DNA of 63,992 nt, counting the filler, from Octopus bimaculoides (taxonomy: Eukaryota): NCBI RefSeq assembly GCF_001194135.2. It is 8 parts of 8 records of this genome, joined end to end, with 100 filler letters (N's around TTAATTAATTAA, not from the genome) between each part and the next. Parts side by side here need not be neighbours in the genome. Positions count along the whole stretch, not along the records: positions 14,671 to 32,510 come from NC_068990.1; positions 32,611 to 46,334 come from NW_026304584.1; 6 more parts are not named here. One strand, 5' to 3'. Both the position numbers and the translations under genes were made by a program. Positions 28,921 to 39,030 of the stretch are shown piece by piece. The notes under the pieces are model-generated. The model saw nothing but the letters and a program-made list of their open reading frames with translations. It ran no database searches and was not told the DNA's origin. Every line of letters starts with the position of its first letter. Position 1 is the first letter of the stretch.

Positions 28921-29283
28921 TACTGGTTTTCTCAAAATTTCTGTCTACCAAAATTCAGTCACAATACACTGCAATTGTTGAAGACGCTTTCTCAAAGTTC
29001 CACACAGGTTGGAGTGGGAGATGAAATATAAAACCACTTAGTTGCAAAAATGAACTTCTTAACCACAGACAACCACAAACAGACACATCTCTCTTCGCTT
29101 AGGCATTGCAAGACCAATAACCTGATGTAGAACTCAATATACATTTATTTCAGTATAAAGTGTTGGCTGAGTAAAGAGCAGTAACAAGAAGAAAACATGA
29201 CAAAGGAATAAATGATTATTTTATGAACTTCATATGAATTACAAATTTAATTCTTTCCCAAAGAAATTGCATTTCATATTCAG

Positions 29284-29364
29284 GGCTCTGATGAGGCTAT
29301 AAGGTGTTACTCAGGCACTCAACTATGAATCCACTGCATCTTAGAGCAGAAACAGCCGTAAGCT
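29284..29364 (+). ncRNA. Type-I hammerhead ribozyme candidate with long stem II
   Basis: GCT-CTGATGA-G-GCTATAAG...CTTAGAGC-A-GAAAC-AGCC-GTA-AGC. Intact core, stems I and III pair; G10.1-C11.1 is replaced by G-A. Confidence 0.5.
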
Positions 29365-29558
29365 AATGAAGTTCATAACATAATCATCATCTCCTTTGTC
29401 AGGAGTGGCTGTGTGGTAAGAAGCTTGCTTCCCAACTACATGGTTCCGGGTTCAGTCCCTCTGCGTGGCACCTTGCGCAATGGTCTTCTAATATAGCCTT
29501 GGGCCAACCAAAGCCTTGTGAGTAGATTTGGTAGGCGGAAACTGAAAGAAGCCTGTTG

Positions 29559-29649
<91 letters not shown>

Positions 29650-30013
29650 TTGTGTGTGTGTGTGTGTGTGTGTGTATTTGTCTGTGTTTGTTCCCCTCCC
29701 CCACCATCACTTGACAACTGATGGTGGTGTGTTTACATCCCCGTAACTTTGCAGTTCCACAAAAGAGACCGATAGAATAAGTACTGGGCTTACAAAGAAT
29801 AAGTCCTGGGGTTGATTTGTTCGGCTAAAGGCAGTGCTCCAGCATGACCGCAGTCAAATAACTGAAGCGAATAAGAGAATTTATATACATTTGTATTTAT
29901 TTATGCATGTATATATACATATGTATATATTCATATTTGCATGTGTGTGTGGTAGTATACAATAATTTATGAGCATGACCTTAATTGTGATTCAGAAAAT
30001 AAATTAGAACACA

Positions 30014-30051
<38 letters not shown>

Positions 30052-30501
30052 CACACTTGATGACGAATAACAACTATAAATGTTTGAAATGTGGGGTTTT
30101 ACAAAAGAAATAAAAAATAATAATTAATTTAAAAAAAACAAAACAACCTTAACTAAATTAACTGACCGGAAAAGAAAAAAATTATTCTAATTTTATTCTC
30201 CAGTTCTAAAAATGATTCATGTAAATACTTGAGACATATGAATATATTGTTGTTGTTGTTGTCCCCCCAAGCGATGTTGTGGGGACAAACACACACACAC
30301 ACATATATATATACATATATACGTCGGGCTTCTTTCAGTTTCCTTCTACCAAATCCACTCACAAGGCTTTGGTCGTCCTGAAGCTATAGTAGAAGACACT
30401 TGCCCAAGGTATCACATAGTGGGACTGAACCCGGAACTATGTAGTTGGTAAGTAAGCTACTTACAACACAGCCACTCCTGCACATACATATACATATACA
30501 T

Positions 30502-30546
<45 letters not shown>

Positions 30547-31567
30547 ATGGGCTTCTTTCAGTTTCCATCTACCAAATCCACTGACAAGGCTTTGGTCGGC
30601 CTGAGGCTTTAGTAGAAGACACTTGCCCAAGGTGCCACGTGGTGGGACTGAACCCGGAACCATGTGGTCAGTAAGCAAGCTACTCACCACACAACCATTC
30701 CTGTTAAAACAAAAAAAAAAACAAAAAAAAAACTCTGCCGGATGTAAGGAATGGATTTGGGTAGATTCTAGTCTGTAAAAATTGGAAGCAAAAATAAGAG
30801 TAAGATAAAGAAATCAGATTTTGATGGTTTTTAAGTGATAAACACATTTTTTATGAACAATGGCCTTTTTTTTTTTCTTCTGAAGCTGTGTTACAGCCTT
30901 TGCTGAATAGCTTTTGAGTAAAGGTTACTGAAGAACAGCAGGCACTATGTCAGGTTGTTGTTGTATCTTTTGAATGTTTTTATTGCAGTTCTTTAACTTT
31001 GCTCTTTTATGTGTTGTGTTGTTATTCCATTGGTTTCTTAACATAACGAACATAAATAACTATGGTAGCATGTTAGGGATTGCATTATATCAGAGGATAT
31101 TGGCTTTTATTGTTATTGGTATTTGGCTACAAAAAAAAGTAAGGTTAGGATTATATATTCAAGATTGTCCATTACTGAAAACTAAATACGGTAATACAAT
31201 ACGCTTAAGATGTTGAGAAATACATAATCACACATACTAACTTGGACACACACACACACACTTGTATGTGTGTGTGTGTATATATATATTTTACTCTTTT
31301 ACACGTTTCAGTCACTTGACTGCGGCCATGCTGGAGCACCGCCTTCGCTTACTTTTTATTTTTTTTTATTTTTCCCTTTTTCTCTCTGTCTTCCCCTTTT
31401 TTCTCTATCACAAAACTTTGTAAATGAACAATCTGGTGTGTTTATTTTAATGGCCTACCAATGTATATAATATGTTTCTCAGCCCTAGGTGTCAGTAAGA
31501 CACTCAGCAAGAAATGGAACAGAATTGAAAGAAGATGCTGATGATAATAATAATAATAATAATAATA

Positions 31568-32100
31568 ATGCAATGAACCAGTGCAGTTACCCAACCAGAC
31601 ATCAGAAAGCGGACATTGTTGTGGTGAATTAAAAAAGAAAGAACATGTATGATAGTCAACATAGCATGCCCCGGTAACAACAGGACCAATGTGAATGAAG
31701 AAGAGAAAATAAACAACTATGGCGATTTGAAGTGAGAAATACGAAATTTGTGGTCAATGAAGAGAGTAGACGTGATGTCAATTGTAATTGGTGCACTTGG
31801 AAGTATCAGCACTCAGCTACCAGCATGGCTGAAAAAGACTTGTGTAAGTGTGAAAGTAGAACACCTGCAAAAATCAGCATTGCTTGGAACTGCAAGAATT
31901 CCTTGCAGGGTTCTTGAAGCATGACCAGTAAACAAGTGTCACCTTAGTCTGCTGGCTGTGGACAGCTGACACTTTCCATCATACCCAGCAAAATAAGCTG
32001 TGAGTTTTCATATAATAAAAATAATAATACTAATAATAATAATAATCATCATCATCATAATAATAATAATAATTATAATAGTTATAATAATAATATCATC
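31568..32100 (+). mobile_element. R4/Dong-like 3' fragment with PD-(D/E)xK restriction-like endonuclease
   Basis: DIVVVN.KKERTCMIVNIACPG..R...EEEKINNYGDLK.EIRNLWSMKRVDVMSIVIGALG...LQKSALLGTARI. Flanked by (TAA)n at both ends. Confidence 0.85.
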
Positions 32101-32610
32101 ATCATCATCATTTCATACCTGAATAGAACAGACAACTATAACTCCTACGATATATGATCACATCTGGTCTTTCCTCAATCATTTTCCTTATTTAGTTTCG
32201 TTTTTTCTTTATTTGTCAATTTGTTTCGTCATCGTTGTTGTTGTCGTTGTTGTTGTTGTTGTTATGATATAACACCAAAAATAGTCATTTTACATGAAGA
32301 TCATTTGCGGGTTGGCTTAGTGTTGGACGGGCTATTAAAAGTCACTCATGAGTGGTTACACTCGGGGGGGGGGGAAACAAAGATCTGAAGGAATTCCTTC
32401 ATATGATGTCATTTTGGCTTATAAAGATGTGTTTTTATGATAAAGCTTCATTCGACCACACCCTATTCGATACAGGGCATGCAGCCCACTACACAGCCCA
32501 CACACAGCCCNNNNNNNNNNNNNNNNNNNNNNNNNNNNNNNNNNNNNNNNNNNNTTAATTAATTAANNNNNNNNNNNNNNNNNNNNNNNNNNNNNNNNNN
32601 NNNNNNNNNN

Positions 32611-33445
32611 CACAAGGCTTTGGTCGGCCCGAGGCTATAGTAGAAGACGCTTGCCCAAGTTGCTACGCATTGGGACTGACCCCGGTACCATGTGGTTGGT
32701 AACGAAGCTACTTACCACACAGCCACTCCTACGCCTATATTTATATATATATATATATATATATACGATGGGATTCTTTCAATTTCCATCAACCAAATCC
32801 TCTCACAAGGCTATGGTCGGCCCGAGGCTATAGTAGAAGTCACTTGCCCAAGGTGCCACGCGGTGGGACAGAACCCGGAACCATGTGGTTGGTACGCAAG
32901 CTACTTACCACACAGCCACTCCTACACCTATATATACATATATACGACAGGCTTCTTTCAGTTTCCGGGTACCAAATCCACTCACAAGGCTTTGGTCGAC
33001 CCGAGGCTATAGTAGAAGACACTTGCCCAAGGCGCCACGCAGTGCGACTGAACCCGGAACCATGTGGTTGGTAAGCAAGCTACTTACCACACAGCCACTC
33101 CTGCGNNNNNNNNNNTTTCCGTCTACCAAATCCACTCACAAGGCTTTGATCCGCCCCGAGGCTATAGTAGAAGACACTTGCCCAAGGTGCCACGCAGTGG
33201 GACTGAACCCGGAACCATGTGGTTGGTAAGCAAGCTACTTACCACACAGCCACTCCTACGCCTATATATACATATATAAGATGGGCTTCTTTCAGTTTCC
33301 ATCTACGAAATCCACTCACAAGGCTTTGGTCGGCCCAAGGCTATAGTAGAAGACACTTGCTCAAGGTGCCATGCAGTGAGACTGAACGCGGAACCATGTG
33401 GTTGGTAAGCAAGCTACTTACCACACAGCCACTCCTGCGTCTATA
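32611..33445 (-). repeat. Head-to-tail array of ~5 SINE-B heads (~165-180-bp period)
   Basis: Repeated cacaaggctttggtcggccc...accacacagccactcctacg units separated by (TA)n. Confidence 0.9.
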
Positions 33446-34706
33446 CGTTCAAATTTCATATAATACTGTGTATGTATGGAGCTATTAAGTCTTGGTGTGT
33501 GAGTTTTTCTATACAGGCATCTTCGAAACATATGTAGATACGGATTTAAATTTCATATAATAACATTTAAATGTCTCGCATTCTTGCGATATTCGTGAGG
33601 TAGGTGGCAGTGTGGCTTGCACATGCTAACCTACAGCAAGTTTGTTTTTTTTTCGAAATATTTCTTTGAATGATAAAAACGTGGAAAAAGTAGTGATAAG
33701 AGAGAAAAAGATTAAATAAAAATTTGACGCGAGAATTTTTTTTTTCTTTTAGATTTTCTGGGGGGTTTTTTAAGTTAAAACGAAAAAAATTTTTAAAACA
33801 TTTTTTTTTATTTAAAAATTCTTTTTTTTTAATATTTAAAATTTATTTTTTTTTAATATTTAAAAAATATTTTAAAAGTTTTTTTTTTTTAAATTGCGAA
33901 TAAAAAAAAAATTTTTTTAATTAATTTAAAAGAAATTAATTAAAAAAATATTTTTTTTTAGTATTTCTTTTTTCTAAGTTTTTTTTTGTAATTTCGATGA
34001 AAAAAAAAAAATTATCATTAAACCTTTTTCTGGAATTGAAAAAAAAAATTTTTTTTTCAAATTAAAAAAAAAAAAATTAAATTGAAAAAAAAATATTACT
34101 AAAAAATAAAAATAAAAAACTAACAAAATNNNNNNNNNNNNNNNNNNNNNNNNNNNNNNNNNNNNNNNNNNNNNNNNNNNNNNNNNNNNNNNNNNNNNNN
34201 NNNNNNNNNNNNNNNNNNNNNNNNNNNNNNNNNNNNNNNNNNNNNNNNNNNNNNNNNNNNNNNNNNNNNNNNNNNNNNNNNNNNNNNNNNNNNNNNNNNN
34301 NNNNNNNNNNNNNNNNNNNNNNNNNNNNNNNNNNNNNNNNNNNNNNNNNNNNNNNNNNNNNNNNNNNNNNNNNNNNNNNNNNNNNNNNNNNNNNNNNNNN
34401 NNNNNNNNNNNNNNNNNNNNNNNNNNNNNNNNNNNNNNNNNNNNNNNNNNNNNNNNNNNNNNNNNNNNNNNNNNNNNNNNNNNNNNNNNNNNNNNNNNNN
34501 NNNNNNNNNNNNNNNNNNNNNNNNNNNNNNNNNNNNNNNNNNNNNNNNNNNNNNNNNNNNNNNNNNNNNNNNNNNNNNNNNNNNNNNNNNNTAAGTCCTC
34601 TTCCTCCATTTTGTCCTCGTCTTTTTTTTGTTCTTTTCTATCCATTTATTTATTTATTTGTTTTTTTTTGTGTCTGTTTTTTTTGTTGTTTTTCCCCCCC
34701 CTCTTT

Positions 34707-34882
34707 TCACATGGTACAATTCGCCGTTTTCAGTCTTTTCCGCCTGCCGTGAGTCGACGGAGCATCCACTCCATCGCTTTCAGACCCAGAATCATTCGTG
34801 TACGCGGCCACCTGCGTCGGCGACCTCACCGTACGGATGGTCGTATACGACCCTGTGTTTTTAGCCTTTTCGAGGGCCCGTA
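34707..34882 (-). CDS. MAX: Max, terminal coding exon (IRALEKAK...DSGSESD...GRRKRLKTANCTM*)
   Basis: tttgtgcag acceptor; phase 1 completes ATA (Ile). RALEKAK matches human VRALEKAR. Acidic/Ser patch and basic RRKRLK NLS-like tail, then TGA. Spliced CDS is 447 nt = 148 aa (150 aa with the distal donor). Confidence 0.93.
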
Positions 34883-34974
34883 CTGCACAAATAAAAAAAA
34901 ACAAATTAATATTATCATAATAGAAAAAAAACATTTTCAAAAATCTCAAACAAAGGGCAGGGAAAAACCTAATA

Positions 34975-35600
34975 CCGAGGAGTTGGCGTTAGGAAGGGCA
35001 TCCAGCTGTAGAAACCCTGCCAGATCAGATTGGAGCCTGGTGTAGCCATCTGGTTTCACCAGTCCTCAGTTAAATCGTCCAACCCATGGTAGCGTTGGGG
35101 TTAGGAAGGGCATCCAGCTGTAGAAACCCTGCCAGATCAGATTGGAGCCTGGTGTAACCATCTGGTATCACCAGTCCTCAGTCAAAACCCCAATCCACTA
35201 CACTCTCTGAGTGGTTGGCTTTAGGAAGGTCATCCAGCTGTAGGAACTCTGCCAGATCAGATTGGAGCCTGGTGTAGCCATCTGGTTCACTTATCCTCAG
35301 TCAAATCGTCCAACCCATGCTAGCGCTGGCGTTAGGAAGGGCCTCCAGCTGTAGGAACTCTGCCAGATCAGATTGGAGCCTGGTGCAGCCATCTGGTTTC
35401 ACCAGTCATCAGTCAAATCGTCCAACAAAGCACCCACTACACTCTCGGAGTGGTTGGCATTAAGAAGGGGGCATCCACCTATCGAAACTTTGCCAAATTT
35501 CGACTAGATCCCTGGTGTAGCCATCCGGTTTCACCAGTCCTCAATCGAAATCATCGAACCCACGCTAACATAGAAACCCTGACGTTAAACGATGAAGAAT
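34975..35600 (+). repeat. Tandem array (~5 x ~112 bp) of SINE family D 3' module inside the last Max intron
   Basis: Unit gttggcgttaggaagggcatccagctgtagaaaccctgccagatcagattggagcctggtg...aaatcgtccaacccatg. Single copies at 26110-26300, 52355-52640, 53480-53700 and 63740-63960. Confidence 0.85.
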
Positions 35601-35771
35601 TTTGACGATTAGTATCCGCCCTTCGTCCATCACACAGAAACCCCTCAACCACTTAGAGAGTTGTCCTCCCTCGACTATTATAACAGAAGCTGTTCGCTGG
35701 ACATGCATTGGGTTTTATTGCGCCAAATAATGGAAGGGTTAACGAAAAGCTTAACGGCTTTAATTACTTAC

Positions 35772-35895
35772 TTTGTTTTTCAAGGTACGTGTTCTGTTTC
35801 TTCAAGTCCTCAATGTCCTTTTGGTGACCGAGGTTTTTCGTGCGCATAAACTGAATGTAGTCCGCAGCCTTCTTCAAGATCTGGGCCCGCGACAC
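35772..35895 (-). CDS. MAX: Max, coding exon 3: helix 2 + leucine zipper ([41 protein letters not shown])
   Basis: ttccag acceptor, 124 nt (as in human MAX), gtaagt donor, ends in phase 1. SRAQIL..A.DYIQ.MR motif. Not in the ORF track. Confidence 0.97.
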
Positions 35896-36336
35896 CTGGA
35901 AAAATAAACACAATGATAGGTTAACGAGAGGTGGATTTGGTAGACGGAAACTGAAAGGAAGCCCCTCCTATATATATATATATATACATAGCTTGCTTAC
36001 CAACCACATGGTTTCGGTTTCAGTCCCACTGTGTGGCACCTTAGGCAAGTGTCTTCTACTATAGCCTCGGGGCCGACCAAAGCCTTGTGAGTGGATTTGG
36101 TAGAAGGAAACTGAAAGAAGCCCCTCCTATATATATATATATAGCTTGCTTACCAACCACATGGTTCCGGGCTCAGTCCCACTGCATGGCACTTTGGGCA
36201 AGTGTCTTCTACTATAGCCTAGGGGCCGACCAAAGCCTTGTGAGTGGATTTGNNNNNNNNNNNNNNNNNNNNNNNNNNNNNNNNNNNNNNNNNNNNNNNN
36301 NNNNNNNNNNNNNNNNNNNNNNNNNNNNNNNNNNNN

Positions 36337-36383
<47 letters not shown>

Positions 36384-36582
36384 TGTAGGAGTGGCTGTGT
36401 GGTAAGTGGATTGCTTACGGAAACTGAAGGAAGCCCAGCACAGGTGGGAGTTAGTCTAAGGACAGTCCTTACCGCCAGCCACCCTTCCTAACACGTCCCA
36501 CCCTGTAGAATGCACTGAGGGCCTTGGCCTTCCCCGACCCGCCGGGGTTTTCAACAATGGAAAAGGGTTTACTTACTGTAAC

Positions 36583-36690
36583 CTTCTCAACTTGTAGGGT
36601 CGGTACAGAATCCCGTAGACTATTGAAGCTTTCCTTAATATGGTCCCTGCGTTTCCGTTCCAAAGCATTGTGGTGAGCCCTTTTCTCGGC
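36583..36690 (-). CDS. MAX: Max, coding exon 2: basic region + helix 1 ([36 protein letters not shown])
   Basis: tttcag acceptor, then 108 nt in phase 0, the same size as the human MAX basic-region exon. Diagnostic [14 protein letters not shown] motif. Two donors: GT at 36582 and gtaagt at 36576 (adds VT). Confidence 0.97.
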
Positions 36691-37366
36691 CTGAAAAATA
36701 AAAGGGACATATATATAGTTTAGGGCATAAATCGTGGGTCACGTCGCTAAAAAAGTCTGGGTTAGGCTTAGGGTTATATATACATACATATATATACACA
36801 TACATGCATACATATATATATACATACATACATATATATACATACATATATACATACATACATGCATACATACATACATACATGCATACATATATATACA
36901 TACATATACACATATATATATACATACATACATATATATACATACATACATATATATACATACATACATTTATACATACATTTATACATACATATACATA
37001 CATTTATACATACATACATTTATACATATATATACACACACATATATATATAAATATACACACATATATATACATATATATATACATACATATATACACA
37101 TATATATACATACATATATACACGCACACATATATATATATAATAATAATAATACAAAGAATATATACGCACGTATACACACACACACATATATACCGAC
37201 ACACTTCACAATCTACACGCGTATATATATATATATATATATATATAGACATATATATAGATATACATCGATGCACAACGAACTACAAACACATATATAC
37301 ACATATATAAACAAACGGGGTTGGGGTAATGTTTCACAGGACGAATAATGACTGAACTATACTCAC

Positions 37367-37405
37367 ATCACTCTCAATATCCACATCTCGGTCTTCGTCA
37401 CTCAT
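37367..37405 (-). CDS. MAX: Max, coding exon 1 (MSDEDRDVDIESD)
   Basis: Minus strand reads ATG AGT GAC GAA GAC CGA GAT GTG GAT ATT GAG AGT GAT followed by a gtgagt donor (37366-37361). Matches the acidic Max N-terminus (human MSDNDDIEVESD). An upstream tttcag acceptor at 37445-37446 implies the exon starts at 37444 with 5' UTR. Not in the ORF track. Confidence 0.93.
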
Positions 37406-38104
37406 CCTGCGTTGCTTGGCAACAACCTGGCCCCAGGAGGGGAGCTGAAACGTCTATAAAGGACCGAAACCCTCAACGTGGCCGCAAAACCTCAACGTAG
37501 GGGGTTAACCCTCGGGTTTCCTCTTAATTCAAAGCCTGTAGCGTTTGTACGAGTGTATATAACGACACACAAACGCGTCCTGGGTGTATATAGGGTGTAT
37601 ATATACACAAGGGTGTTGATTAATTGAACAGCTTCAGGCCAGGAGCCGAGGTGTCCTGGGTTCGATTCCAACCGGCGGAACCAATATATATACACGCATC
37701 CAAAACGTAAATTCGTAGATATATCCGTATATATACAGTCATTGGGTGTATATAATGCAGTATATACAATATATACGATATATACAGCGTGTATAATGCT
37801 ATAGTATGTAGAATAGTCCAAAGGTAAGGTCTGGAGTTCGAATCCAAGCTCCGTCAGGCATATAAACACTCATCCACAATGTAAATTCGTAGATATATCC
37901 GTATATATACAGTCACTGGGTGTATATAATGCAGTATATACAATATATATGGTGTATATAGAGTAGTTTGTAGAATAGTCCAAAGGCTGAGGTACTGGGT
38001 TCGAGTCCAACCGTCCGACGAGTGTAGTACGAATGTATATAAAGATATATATATAGTGTGTATATATATATATGGTGTGTATATATATATATATATATAT
38101 GGTG

Positions 38105-38545
38105 TGTTATAGCAATGTAGAGCCAGTTATGAGCGTATATATATATATATATACATATATATATGTGTGTGTGTGTGTGGATATATGGATATATTTAGCA
38201 AGGGATGGTCGTGTTTGGAGTGTCTCTGGATGCTTTACACGGATATAGGAGGTGGAACGGTTCCCTTGGTCTCTTGTGGTACTTCCTTTCGGCCGTGGAG
38301 GCCACGGGTAGAGCGGTTATAGCAATACAGAGCCAGTTATGAGCGTATATATACACATATATATGTGTGTGGATATATAGATATATTTAACAAAGGATGG
38401 TCGTGTTTGGAGTGTCTCTGGATGCTTTACACGGATACAGAAGGTGGAACGCTTCCCTTGGTCTCTTGTGGTACTTCCATTCGGCCGTGGTGGCCACGGG
38501 TGGAGCAATTACGCCAATATAGAGTCAATTACGAGCATATATACA
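38105..38545 (+). repeat. Cluster of ~170-bp GC-rich modules in (TA)n spacers (left arm)
   Basis: agcaagggatggtcgtgtttggagtgtctctggatgc...cctttcggccgtggaggccacgggtagagcggttatagcaatacagagccagttatgagcg; two full units plus a partial one. Confidence 0.85.
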
Positions 38546-38740
38546 CAAATATATACAGAGATATGTGTCTACCAGCGTGTGTTTGGGTCCGAATAATTCG
38601 ACAGGAGGGTCGTGTTTGGGTTGTCTGATGTGACCACCACCTAGGAGAAGGCTTGTGGATTGTCGCTGGGGGGTCCTGGCTGGATGAAAGGGAGTCTGAG
38701 CTTCAAGGATGAGGAATAAGTGAAGTCAAAAATGAAGAAT

Positions 38741-39030
38741 CGCCATTATGTCCGCCATTGCTGTGATAGAGTTATAGAAGGAGGTTCGGTGGGAGATGGT
38801 GTTTTGTACCGTGGTGGGAAGCAGGTTGTGCAGAGCAGTGCGTTTCAAAGGAGGTGGGAGGTGAAGGAATGGTGAGAGTACATGGATACAAACGAAGTAG
38901 GAGGCAAGCAGGCAGGCTGTAGGCTGTAGGCGGAGGGAAGGGGAGAGAGAGATATTTCGTAGACGTAAAGAGGGAGGGGGAGAAGAAGAGGAGGCGAAAG
39001 CGGAAGACGTATACGCGCACGTGACTGCTG
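38741..39030 (-). promoter_or_regulatory. Candidate Max promoter / first-exon region
   Basis: CpG-retaining non-repetitive island upstream of Max. Minus strand has two ATGGCG (YY1-like) motifs at 38741-38760 and a pyrimidine-rich tract near 38970-39000. An ETS-like GCGGAAG at ~39000 and a CACGTG E-box at 39018-39023. TSS not determinable from sequence. Confidence 0.5.

Noticed and set aside
33700-34130. Extreme poly-A/poly-T region 3' of Max as a regulatory element
   Set aside because: Looks like homopolymer-inflated noisy sequence beside a gap; a polyadenylation site cannot be assigned.
36691-37366. Optional Max micro-exon equivalent to human exon 2
   Set aside because: No AG...GT pair giving an in-frame phase-0 exon was found in the non-microsatellite parts of this intron.
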